DNA of 40,720 bases. It comes from an uncultured Bacteroides sp. (GTDB lineage: Bacteria > Bacteroidota > Bacteroidia > Bacteroidales > SM23-62). Positions within the stretch are counted from its first letter, which is position 1. Every line of letters starts with the position of its first letter. Of this stretch, positions 26,104 to 34,745 are shown piece after piece. The stretch is from the NCBI GenBank assembly GCA_964599785.1, contig CAZRHW010000001.1, forward strand, positions 1-40,720. Direction: 5' to 3'. The position numbers and the translations under genes were made by a program. The notes beneath the pieces were generated by a model. That model saw only the letters and a list, made by a program, of their open reading frames with translations. It did no database searches and was not told the origin of the DNA.

Positions 26104-28146
26104 TTATTCTACCTCCGCTTCATCTCTCAATAGCCCGTTTGCTTGCTTTACATCCACAGCCTCAATCTTTGTGGTTCCTGCTCCTGCCCCTTTTAGTGCA
26201 TAGAACTTGCTCCACTGATTTGTGCCGCGCAAAATCTGTGCTTCAAAGCGGCCGAATTCAGTATCCGTCGCAAGAAGCACCCATTGTGTGCACCATATAG
26301 GCACATGCGTCAGAAGATTTCGACGGTGCTCGTGCGAAAGGCGCCCAAACGGCGTATCCATGAATAAAGGCATTTCAAGGATATCGGTACCGGCTGCGGC
26401 TCCCGCAAGTGCCGCTATAAATGCAATCGACATAATTTGTCTTTGCCCTGCTGAAATATTGGCTAAAAAGGGTTTCTGCCAGCGATCATATACTTGAATG
26501 GTGTAATCCGAATCAACAACAACGTCTCGAAGGGTCTGTTTTCCTTCACCATCAAGAAGTTCACGAAAATATTTTGTTGCGCTTGCGCTGATAAGATCTC
26601 TAGTTTCCCCTGTAAACTCTTCATGGATACTTCTTAGTGCATCACTAGTGGCAGCTGCAAGATCAGCGCGTTTGGACATCTCATCACGAATGCCTTGCTC
26701 TCTTTCTATTTCTTTACGTTGTTGTTGAAGGCGTTCGTGTTCATCTTTTAGAACGATAAGCTCTTCCTGAGCGCGTGTTCGTTCTTCCTCCAGTTTGAAT
26801 ATTTTGCGTTCTATTTGCTGCCGATGTTTTTCTAATTTGGCAGCATCAGCGCGTTCGGAAGACCCGATTTTTTGCCGTAAATCTTCTAGCTTTCGAAGTG
26901 TCACCTGGAGATCGTTCTTCACGATAGCGAATTTCTGAAGAACTGTCTCTGTGGCTACCCCGATATCTTCATAATGGCTTCGGACTCCGCTAAGATACCT
27001 CCATAGGTTGAGCATAGAGTCCTCGGTCAGTATATCCCTTGTTCGATCGCGCCAGAGCAAGATGCTTCGATGTTCATCTGTCCCAGGCTTGATTGGTGTT
27101 CCACAAATGCAATGGCCTTCTGATATTAGACGATCAATCAAATCGCGTCGTATTTCCGATGGAATTTCATGTTTTTGTTTTCGCTTATCTATGTTTTTAA
27201 ATACCTTTTCGGCAGTTTTCCTGACAAGGAGAAGCGCAGTTTTGCCAGTCCGGTTTTTCATGTCTATCAGCAGATCCTCAACCTGAGCCTCAAGGTCTCT
27301 CTCTTTTTTTTCAAGGTCCATCCTTGCCGAAAGCAGATCCCGGATATCTCGTATCTTTTCCAGCTCAACATCGACTTGCTTTTTTTCCTGCGCAGCGCGA
27401 TCCAGCTCATCGTCAATGACTGTTGTCCTGTCATCTAGTTCGTTCGTCCTTTCATCATTCTCTCGCAACTGTTTTATCACACGAGCATGCTCACCGGTTG
27501 CACGTGTCTCTACCTCAGAATCGAGATACTTTTTTAGGCGTTTTGTTGCTCGCATAGCAGTTTCAAGGACATCGATGTCAAGGAGCTTCCGAACACCCAC
27601 GGACACTTCCTTACGCTGGTCCGAGCTTGCACGTGTGAGCCTTTCAATCTTCTCCCCATCAAATAAAAAATATTCTCTCAACCCACGGTCAAGGATGCCT
27701 CCAACAACATCGGCGATTTCATTGGGATCTCTAATGGTTGTTGCGTTTCCGTCCTCGTTCATCGTTACCAATCGAACGGACTTGTCCTCTTGAAGAACCT
27801 TTCCATAGTCTATTATTCCGAGTATGTTTCGCTCAATTTGATATGTCTTACCAAAATGTCTGAATTCCAAATAGACACTTGCTTCAACAGGTTTCTTGTC
27901 TCCAATCCTGGCTTCCATCTCCGGATAATTTACCAAGTATAACTCGCGATCATCGACTTGTGCATCCTGGGTTAATCGTTTCTCTCCATAAAGGCAGAAT
28001 AATAGAGCACGGTAGAGCCCAGTTTTGCCTCTGCCATTTTCCCCAAAGACAACAGTAACGTTGCCGGTTGGCCCCCTCGCAAATTCAATTTCCTGGGTTC
28101 CTCGGAATTGCCGGAAGTTGGTAAGTTTCATTTTATGGAGAATCAT
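26104..28146 (-). CDS. DndD-like SMC/ABC-type ATPase with a long coiled-coil insert
   Basis: N-terminus KLTNFRQFRGTQEIEF...VTVVFGENGRGKTGLYRALLFCLYG (Walker A). About 350 aa of charged coiled-coil. C-terminus ISAGQRQIMSIAF (signature) and LFMDTPFGRLSHEHRRNL (DndD-type DTPxGRL..HR). Confidence 0.8.
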   Translation of the reverse strand: MILHKMKLTNFRQFRGTQEIEFARGPTGNVTVVFGENGRGKTGLYRALLFCLYGEKRLTQDAQVDDRELYLVNYPEMEARIGDKKPVEASVYLEFRHFGKTYQIERNILGIIDYGKVLQEDKSVRLVTMNEDGNATTIRDPNEIADVVGGILDRGLREYFLFDGEKIERLTRASSDQRKEVSVGVRKLLDIDVLETAMRATKRLKKYLDSEVETRATGEHARVIKQLRENDERTNELDDRTTVIDDELDRAAQEKKQVDVELEKIRDIRDLLSARMDLEKKERDLEAQVEDLLIDMKNRTGKTALLLVRKTAEKVFKNIDKRKQKHEIPSEIRRDLIDRLISEGHCICGTPIKPGTDEHRSILLWRDRTRDILTEDSMLNLWRYLSGVRSHYEDIGVATETVLQKFAIVKNDLQVTLRKLEDLRQKIGSSERADAAKLEKHRQQIERKIFKLEEERTRAQEELIVLKDEHERLQQQRKEIEREQGIRDEMSKRADLAAATSDALRSIHEEFTGETRDLISASATKYFRELLDGEGKQTLRDVVVDSDYTIQVYDRWQKPFLANISAGQRQIMSIAFIAALAGAAAGTDILEMPLFMDTPFGRLSHEHRRNLLTHVPIWCTQWVLLATDTEFGRFEAQILRGTNQWSKFYALKGAGAGTTKIEAVDVKQANGLLRDEAEVE

Positions 28147-28316
28147 CGAGAAACCTCTTTCTCTTTAATGATTTGCCGTACAACTCCCTTAAGTTGCTCA
28201 GTAACTGACATTTCCGGCATCGATTCAGCAAATTCAAGGGCACGGGCTGCTAACTCCTGAACATCTGATGGGTAATTTTTGAGCTTATCTCTAATAAGTT
28301 GATGTGTTTTGACCAT
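28143..28316 (-). CDS. Untracked 57-aa ORF, translationally coupled on both sides
   Basis: MVKTHQLIRDKLKNYPSDVQELAARALEFAESMPEMSVTEQLKGVVRQIIKEKEVSR. AGGAG lies 6 nt upstream of ATG 28316, which is 2 nt after the helicase stop. Its TGA overlaps the DndD-like ATG (ATGA). Confidence 0.6.
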   Translation of the reverse strand: MVKTHQLIRDKLKNYPSDVQELAARALEFAESMPEMSVTEQLKGVVRQIIKEKEVSR

Positions 28317-28318
28317 AC

Positions 28319-30457
28319 TTAGCTCCTATCCTTAATCTCAACCGATTCCATAACTTCGTGATAAATATCCCAAGGCCTGCTATCAAAAAGATGCAACATC
28401 TGAAATGCGTTTACAATTTCCCATATAACGGCTCGAGCCTCGAATTCATTTTCAGCACTGGCGGCGAATTCCGCGAATCGAGGCATCTCTCGACGAAGCA
28501 TGCCAAGATCTGAATCCCTGCGCAAATGCGCATAATTAATATCGGGCACAACGACAAAATCAAATACATTCGCTCGAATTTTCCCATCGCATTTTCTTAA
28601 GATTCGTCCTCGGCGCTGAACAAACTCTTTTGGGTTAGTCGTGCTGGCAAGAAAAAATGCAGTCTGTGTTGAGGGGATGTCAACCCCTTCGTCAAGGCAA
28701 TGGATCGCGATCAGCACCTGTATATCTCCGATAGCAAACTGCCTCAATACTGACTCGCGATCATTCATTGAAACGGTGTGCACAAATTCGTGGCAACGCA
28801 GCCCCAAAGCCGCCACTGCTTTAAGCACTTCTCTATGCTTGCCAGGCGCGCAATAGATGAGTACATGCTTGAGCTCAGTTTCAACTTCTTTGCATTCGAC
28901 TATTAATTTTTGGAGTTCCCTAATCAATAACGGAATCTTTCTCTCAGCCGCTGAAATTATTTGAGCTCTTTGTAAAAGGAGTCTCTTCAAGCGTTCCTCG
29001 GCTTCTGCATCATGCTCTATTTCTCTACCGGCAAGCGAGGCAATCTTCCTTGATAGATTCTCATAATTCTCGCTTTCATGGTCTGTAAGCAATGTCAAAA
29101 TCGGAAGATAGCGATAGGGTGTCAGATACGGCCCAATGGCTTGATCCAAAGGATATTCAAAACAGATATCCGTGAAGTAGTCCAAAAGCGTTTGTGTACC
29201 TTCCTGGTCATACCACCGACGTGGAGTAGCTGACAGACCTAAACGCATAGCGGCTTGCGGTAGCAGAGCATCACGCAGGCGTGGTGCACCCAAACTGTGG
29301 ACTTCGTCGGCAATTAATATGGTGCTTTCAGATGGAAGCCCTTGTATCGCTTTAGTGAATCTTTTTGTCGCTGCGGTCTGGTGAACAGCAAGAATGCAAA
29401 TACTTGGCAACACGCCTAAGCGATAGTCCTGGACCTTGGAACGTACATCAGTTGACCACTGATTATGATTGCCGCTACATAAAATAGGAAAAAAACCAAA
29501 TTTTTCACAATGCTGCCGCCATTGTTCCAGTAAGTGAAGATAAGGTACGAAAACTAAGACGGCCACATGCTTTAAAGCATCCCTCCTCTCTGCGGCTGCA
29601 GCAAGTGCCGTAAACGTTTTTCCTGTCCCTGTGGCCATTTCAAAAATGCCTTGGAAATTCTGTTGCTTCCAACTGTCTATTGCTTCTGTCTGATAGGGCC
29701 GCAATGCAAAAACAGGCTCACACATCTCTATTGAAGGTTGTGCATTATCGCTTTTACGTTTTTTCCCCGCATAAACCCATGGCCGCTCAACTGTTCTTAA
29801 ACGCACGATCTCTTGCCTTATTGCCTCAGGCAGTAGGAGCACCTGAAATTGCTCGTTTCCGTCGCACCAAAGTTTTACCAACCGTTTATAGTGCTGTTTA
29901 ACATAAGGACGCTGCCCCTCCTCCCATGATTTAAAAACTGAGAATGCCTCTCCATTGAGAGAGCCTTGCGCCGAATCATTAAATGAGCCGTGGATCGCGA
30001 CCATTTCCTCAATTTCGTCAATAAAGACACCAACTTTGTCATGATAGTCACCTGCTGAATTAAAATCCCTTGTTATTGCAAAACGGAATTCAATGACACC
30101 ATCAGCGACCATCCATGCAAGAGCATTTAACGTGTCTTTTGAGACTGCCTGAGCAAGGTCTACAATTTGTTTGCGCAGTATTTCGCGTAATACACTATCG
30201 CGTTTCGCTCTATTGCCAAATTGCAGGGCTTCCCAGTCTGCCATCTGCATTATGGGAGAGGTAACAATATGAGCTCTTCCCCCATTACTGACAAGTTTCA
30301 CAACTCCTTTGCATGCTGTTTTCAACCAACCCGATGTAAAAAAACCTACACCCCGCCAATATTCATGCGACTCTGCAAGCAAGGGTGCGATGAGTTCCTG
30401 CACAAGATCATACTCAGCACTATCATAGACAGGATGTAGCTCAAGGTCTCTAAGCAT
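28319..30457 (-). CDS. PLD-family (HKD) nuclease domain fused to an SF2 DEAD/DEAH helicase (type III restriction Res-like)
   Basis: HKD-type motif YHDKVGVFIDEIEEMVAIHGSFNDS. Helicase motifs RPYQTEAI...EMATGTGKTF (I), LIADEVHSLG (II), GLSATP (III), QRRGRILRK (VI). Confidence 0.85.
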   Translation of the reverse strand: MLRDLELHPVYDSAEYDLVQELIAPLLAESHEYWRGVGFFTSGWLKTACKGVVKLVSNGGRAHIVTSPIMQMADWEALQFGNRAKRDSVLREILRKQIVDLAQAVSKDTLNALAWMVADGVIEFRFAITRDFNSAGDYHDKVGVFIDEIEEMVAIHGSFNDSAQGSLNGEAFSVFKSWEEGQRPYVKQHYKRLVKLWCDGNEQFQVLLLPEAIRQEIVRLRTVERPWVYAGKKRKSDNAQPSIEMCEPVFALRPYQTEAIDSWKQQNFQGIFEMATGTGKTFTALAAAAERRDALKHVAVLVFVPYLHLLEQWRQHCEKFGFFPILCSGNHNQWSTDVRSKVQDYRLGVLPSICILAVHQTAATKRFTKAIQGLPSESTILIADEVHSLGAPRLRDALLPQAAMRLGLSATPRRWYDQEGTQTLLDYFTDICFEYPLDQAIGPYLTPYRYLPILTLLTDHESENYENLSRKIASLAGREIEHDAEAEERLKRLLLQRAQIISAAERKIPLLIRELQKLIVECKEVETELKHVLIYCAPGKHREVLKAVAALGLRCHEFVHTVSMNDRESVLRQFAIGDIQVLIAIHCLDEGVDIPSTQTAFFLASTTNPKEFVQRRGRILRKCDGKIRANVFDFVVVPDINYAHLRRDSDLGMLRREMPRFAEFAASAENEFEARAVIWEIVNAFQMLHLFDSRPWDIYHEVMESVEIKDRS

Positions 30458-33224
30458 CGACTATCAACTCCTTTAGAATAATTTCTCTATCTTTTATCGC
30501 AACAATCTGACCAGTACCGAGCATGACTGGTGTAAGACTTTTTTTAATGACCCCATCCTTTACAAGCGAATTTTCAAATGCCGCAAGATTTGCCGACCCG
30601 TTCCAATACCGAACTAGAAGCGTGCCGATAAGAGCTTCAAAACTTTGAATTCCGTGCTCATTGTCCCTCGGTAAAAAGGCTTCCCGGGAGTTTCCAAAAA
30701 TCAGGAAACGCTTCCCTTTTGCTAATAAATCCGCAATCATGGTGTGTGACCAATACAACCCAGACGGTAGCTTTGGCATCGTCGATGATTCTAACAGATT
30801 GGAAATGCGTCCAAAATACCTACCAGCCCGTGCCGCGCTTTGATATATTTTGAGTGCGAGGCGTTCAAGTTCCTGCTGCTTGGATTCATCCCACTCAAGA
30901 GTCTGTTTATGGATTACGCATCCAGGATGATATATACAAATATTGCCATCGTGACTGACTGAATAAACTTGCTGTTCCTTATAACCGAGCTTTTCAACGA
31001 AGCGCTCCTCGAGAACCTCATAAGGACACGGCTTTTCAAAATCACGAATAAAATCGAGAATGCGTCTTTTTATCGAAAGTTGACTCTTTTCTTGACTATC
31101 ATGGTTTCTTGCCAAACTTGGATAGCTCCGAATGGAAAAAAAATCCTCGGTGAAATGTTGCATTACGGAATATAGCATTACCGGACCATCAATGCCCAAG
31201 GATTTGCAAGTTACCAGCTTGTCGTGAAAAATCCTGTCAACTGAACAGTGTTCTTCTTTAGTAAGCACATCTTGAATATGCCTAATCAATGGCATTACAA
31301 ATATTGGATCAAGTTCAAAATTGTCGAGATGAAGGTAACCCCAGTCAGCTGTTCGAATCACGTTGGATACTCGCTGGGTGAGGTTGTAGAGCTGATAATC
31401 CTTAAGGTAAATCCTCTCAAGACAAAACTCTCTGACATCCTTTTGTGAAACAGGCCCACCTGCATCGCGTACAAAGTTTTCGAGAGCAATCGGTACAGGA
31501 ATTCGCTCTGTGAATCCTTTTTTTAGATAGATAAAAGGCAACCTTGGATAAGCAAGCTCAGGATGTGTTGATTGTCTCAAACATGTGTAAAGAGCAATTT
31601 CAGAGGGGAATGCAGCTTGTTGGCATCGGGTCGAAAAGTGTGTGAATGCGCCATAGGCTGAGACGAACGGCACATCTTCTTGGAGCACTTTAAGGAGCCA
31701 TGTTTCCACGTCATGTATTAGGCTTAGAGGGATGACAATTCTATCTTTATGCACGAACGTTCCGCGGTCCCAAAGCAGTGCATTTTTACTGCGATCTAAT
31801 GCCGCATGGATATTTCGTTCCAAAATACCAGGACGCCATTTTCTCGCATGTTCTGTTATCTCACTAAAGTGCGCAGGCCTGCCTATCTGCTTAAGCACTG
31901 TATCTAACATTTGAGTAACACTGCTAAATCGAATTCTCCATAAACCCACCGAGTAGATACGATCTTTATGAGCCCTGAGTCGTCTCCTGCAATTTTTTAC
32001 CACGGCGTCCAACAAGGCATCAGATATATTTTCTAAGTGCAGTTTTTCGGGTACTATCATAGCTCTTTTGATTAGAGCATTCTTCAGGTGTTCACGTTCG
32101 ACACTCCAAAGGTCATCGGAGTGTCGTTCATCTGCGACGGCTATAGCAACATCCACAACCATTCCAACCAGGTAGCGTATCAGCGACTGGGAATCAACAT
32201 GACTGATAATCCCGTCCTCTTGGAGTAGAAGGCTGGCATCTTTCCAAACTTGGAGTTCGGAGAAGAATGAAATTAATTCCGTAGCATAAATGAGTTGATC
32301 ACCGCCCTTTCCTTTACATAGCAGGGTCTTGGTCAATTCATCTAATGCAACCATCCCACCGGTCTTTTGTACAAAGGCCACAGCTGCATTAATCAGAGGA
32401 CGCAATCTTTTTTGTTGAAATTGTGTAGCTGCTTTTTTCCCCAACGACCTATCAAGCTGACGTACTCGTTCCCTGGTCAGCCCACCGATTCTTTCACCAA
32501 TGCGATCTAAAGTCATTGGGGCGCAACCCATCATCCCCTTGCGTAACATGAACGCATTAGCTTGCTTCTTAGACCGGCTAAGTTCGTGGATCCACTCAAC
32601 AAGCCACAAAGCTGGATTTTCAACATCAGCGAAGATACCTTTCTGGTTGGAATTACTTGTTTGGTCAGTAGAAATGCCCCTGAGGCACGGCGCAGAAAGT
32701 AGCTTTAATGGATTAAAATCAAGGCAATTGTCTGAAATCTCAAAAGCGAATTCCTTTATCCCCGCCTGAATTCTAAGTATTTCATTTGCCGTTTTTCGTC
32801 CGCAGTTCCGACAATTGAGTAGCTGTTCTTTATCCAGCTTCATATATGACGTTAAACAAGTTACGTCCAGATCATATAATACGTGTGCGCCTCTGACGCT
32901 CAGGATACCCAAAATAGCGTCAAAAATTTCAGTAGGAGCATTATCGAAATCCAATGCAGCTCTCGGTGCCTGAGAGACTTCATGCTTACATTGAGGCCGA
33001 AGCTTTAATTGAAGGCTCTCAATTTCAGCAATCGTCTTTTTACCGCAACTCCATGCCTGCATGAGATCATCACGTGTCAAGTTTAACAAAGCATCCAAAT
33101 CTTTAACATCAAGATCTGCCAAGACCCGCTTAGCCCTGACGGATATCTTCTTAGTTAAGCTGTCAAAATCATGGGTCGCCGGACCGATTGCCCTATTAGC
33201 TCTGCAAGCAGATGATTCTTGCAT
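30450..33224 (-). CDS. 924-aa multi-HTH DNA-binding protein: two RNAP alpha-CTD-like HhH repeats, a sigma-70 region-4-like HTH and an uncharacterised C-terminal two-thirds
   Basis: HhH repeats VRAKRVLADLDVKDLDALLNLTRDDLMQAWSCGKKTIAEIESL and VRGAHVLYDLDVTCLTSYMKLDKEQLLNCRNCGRKTANEILRI. Sigma4-like segment MTLDRIGERIGGLTRERVRQLDRSLGKKA. wHTH-like segment GRPAHFSEITEHARKW...ALLWDRGTFVHKD. 8-nt overlap with the helicase start. Confidence 0.65.
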   Translation of the reverse strand: MQESSACRANRAIGPATHDFDSLTKKISVRAKRVLADLDVKDLDALLNLTRDDLMQAWSCGKKTIAEIESLQLKLRPQCKHEVSQAPRAALDFDNAPTEIFDAILGILSVRGAHVLYDLDVTCLTSYMKLDKEQLLNCRNCGRKTANEILRIQAGIKEFAFEISDNCLDFNPLKLLSAPCLRGISTDQTSNSNQKGIFADVENPALWLVEWIHELSRSKKQANAFMLRKGMMGCAPMTLDRIGERIGGLTRERVRQLDRSLGKKAATQFQQKRLRPLINAAVAFVQKTGGMVALDELTKTLLCKGKGGDQLIYATELISFFSELQVWKDASLLLQEDGIISHVDSQSLIRYLVGMVVDVAIAVADERHSDDLWSVEREHLKNALIKRAMIVPEKLHLENISDALLDAVVKNCRRRLRAHKDRIYSVGLWRIRFSSVTQMLDTVLKQIGRPAHFSEITEHARKWRPGILERNIHAALDRSKNALLWDRGTFVHKDRIVIPLSLIHDVETWLLKVLQEDVPFVSAYGAFTHFSTRCQQAAFPSEIALYTCLRQSTHPELAYPRLPFIYLKKGFTERIPVPIALENFVRDAGGPVSQKDVREFCLERIYLKDYQLYNLTQRVSNVIRTADWGYLHLDNFELDPIFVMPLIRHIQDVLTKEEHCSVDRIFHDKLVTCKSLGIDGPVMLYSVMQHFTEDFFSIRSYPSLARNHDSQEKSQLSIKRRILDFIRDFEKPCPYEVLEERFVEKLGYKEQQVYSVSHDGNICIYHPGCVIHKQTLEWDESKQQELERLALKIYQSAARAGRYFGRISNLLESSTMPKLPSGLYWSHTMIADLLAKGKRFLIFGNSREAFLPRDNEHGIQSFEALIGTLLVRYWNGSANLAAFENSLVKDGVIKKSLTPVMLGTGQIVAIKDREIILKELIVDA

Positions 33225-33279
33225 TAGCGACCTCTTGAATCAAATGATTTAATTGCGTAATTTCGTTCCATCGCTATGC

Positions 33280-33468
33280 CTATTTCCCGAAATTTTCATG
33301 ACGCTTCAGCCACTCGTCAATGGATTCTCTATGGAAACGCAGGTGACGACCCACTTTCTGGAAGGGAACTTTACCTTCTCTTACCAGCTTGTAGAGGGTT
33401 GATTTTGGGATTTTCAGATAAATGGATAGCTCGTCAATGGTTAAGACGTTCTCGGGTTGATTTTCCAT
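33280..33468 (-). CDS. Excisionase/MerR-type HTH_17 DNA-binding protein (62 aa)
   Basis: LTIDELSIYLKIPKSTLYKLVREGKVPFQKVGRHLRFHRESIDEWL. Lies 55 nt upstream of the 924-aa gene on the same strand. Confidence 0.75.
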   Translation of the reverse strand: MENQPENVLTIDELSIYLKIPKSTLYKLVREGKVPFQKVGRHLRFHRESIDEWLKRHENFGK

Positions 33469-33520
33469 GAGAAATACCTTTGTTCGGGAATATTAGAAAC
33501 GTTGAAAAGATATCGTTTAT

Positions 33521-33549
33521 AAATTACAGTTAGTGATAGTTCTTGTCAA
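33521..33549 (-). promoter_or_regulatory. Putative promoter of the minus-strand operon
   Basis: On the minus strand: TTGACA (33549-33544), 17-nt spacer, TAATTT (33526-33521). Lies about 50 nt upstream of ATG 33468. Confidence 0.45.
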
Positions 33550-33894
33550 TTGATTTATGTTAATAAAACCAAGATTGGAATTTGCTATGTCCGAAAATGC
33601 TTGTTGACGTCAGATTATAAGTTTCCGTGGGTGTAAGCTTTTATCCTCCATGGTTCTTTCACAAATAGCCTTTTGTTTTCACCACCTGCGAATTCAATTT
33701 GAAGTGATTTTTATAAATACGTTCTATTAAATAGAGCTATACTTAACCTTAAGTGTAAATTATGAGTTTTCGTGTCCTTGTACGATAGGAAAAGTCAAAT
33801 TTATGGTCTAATCGGAACCTTATGCTAACTATCACCATCATCCTGAAATTCCATGTGATTTCTATCAAAGTGAATAAATATTTTTTTTAATCTG

Positions 33895-34095
33895 GTGATT
33901 CGTCTGAGTTTACATAGCATGTACAAGACCCGTGAACTGGAGGGTGAATCAGTTGTCACATTTTTTGCACCAACTGGCGCCGACGGGAAGATTTATCAGG
34001 TGGAAGCCTTCAACCTCTATCCCATAATTTTTATCGGATACCGATTTAATTTCAAACGTGGTAATCACAGACGTCAATATTCCATCAATTTCTGA
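33895..34095 (+). pseudogene. Internal fragment of a RhuM-family gene
   Basis: LSLHSMYKTRELEGESVVTFFAPTGADGKIYQVEAFNLYPIIFIGYRFNFKRG resembles the RhuM core (..ISLHI.NIF.EGEL.ENSV....TTAADGK.Y....YNLDAIISVGYRVNS.RG). Truncated at both ends. The 3' end is overlapped by the 223-aa gene. Confidence 0.6.
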
Positions 34096-34745
34096 GCAAG
34101 GCGATGGAGCTCCGGATTGGCAAGGGCGGCGACTTTCTTTTTTACGGTGCGGGAAAAATATTCTTTTTCGGTTTTAGTTAGCAATTCGCCTTTCAATTTC
34201 TTCTGGAACAATTCCTTTTGTTTCGGCGAAAATAATTGAGACAGGGCGTATTCAAGTGATAGCTCCTCATGCTTATTTTTTAGCTGTCTTGACTTTTCAG
34301 CATCTTTTTCAAAATAATTGTTGAACATCTGTTTCAGCCTGGATGGGTCAAGGCGCCGCTTGCCGAGACGGACCTCATTTCCGTGCGCTAAAAGATGTTT
34401 CAATTCTTTCATGCGGGCTGACTCTTTCTGTGATAAGGTTTTTTTTAATTGGTTCGACCAGGCAAACGACAGATGGTAATATTGATATAGGGCCAATGAT
34501 AATAACAGTAAAGACCTAAAATCTTCTAATTCCCTTTTTTTTGTGAAATGCGTTTGGACCTGTTCGTAATCAAAATGATAGTCCCTGGCAGCATTGGCCA
34601 GCAAGACGGCAAATCCCTCCCATAGTCGTGTGTCGTTGCTTTTAACGACCTCGGCCAAGGTTTTATTGGCGTCAACTTCCGGCAGGGCCTCCATCAAAGG
34701 AAATCCCAGTTGATTTAAGTTGTCCATTAATTTTTGGTCAACCAT
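34074..34745 (-). CDS. Hypothetical 223-aa partner of the nucleotidyltransferase (possible HEPN-like protein)
   Basis: 8-nt overlap with the upstream NTase-like gene. Helical sequence with a single R-x5-H (RMKELKH). Weak evidence. Confidence 0.5.
   Translation of the reverse strand: MVDQKLMDNLNQLGFPLMEALPEVDANKTLAEVVKSNDTRLWEGFAVLLANAARDYHFDYEQVQTHFTKKRELEDFRSLLLLSLALYQYYHLSFAWSNQLKKTLSQKESARMKELKHLLAHGNEVRLGKRRLDPSRLKQMFNNYFEKDAEKSRQLKNKHEELSLEYALSQLFSPKQKELFQKKLKGELLTKTEKEYFSRTVKKKVAALANPELHRLAQKLMEY

Noticed and set aside
26009-27793. Plus-strand ORFs opposite the DndD-like gene (26009-26203, 26100-26300, 26222-26497, 27008-27286, 27169-27438 and 27416-27793)
   Set aside because: These are antisense shadows of a long coiled-coil coding region. 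Their Ser/Arg/Phe-rich low-complexity products are not supported by RBS or motifs.
24257-30457. A canonical Dnd/Dpt phosphorothioation-restriction cluster
   Set aside because: Only a DndD-like ATPase is present. I see no DndA (cysteine desulfurase), DndC (PAPS-reductase-like), DndB or DndE-like sequence, and no DptFGH-like genes. The 147-aa protein does not resemble DndE by eye.
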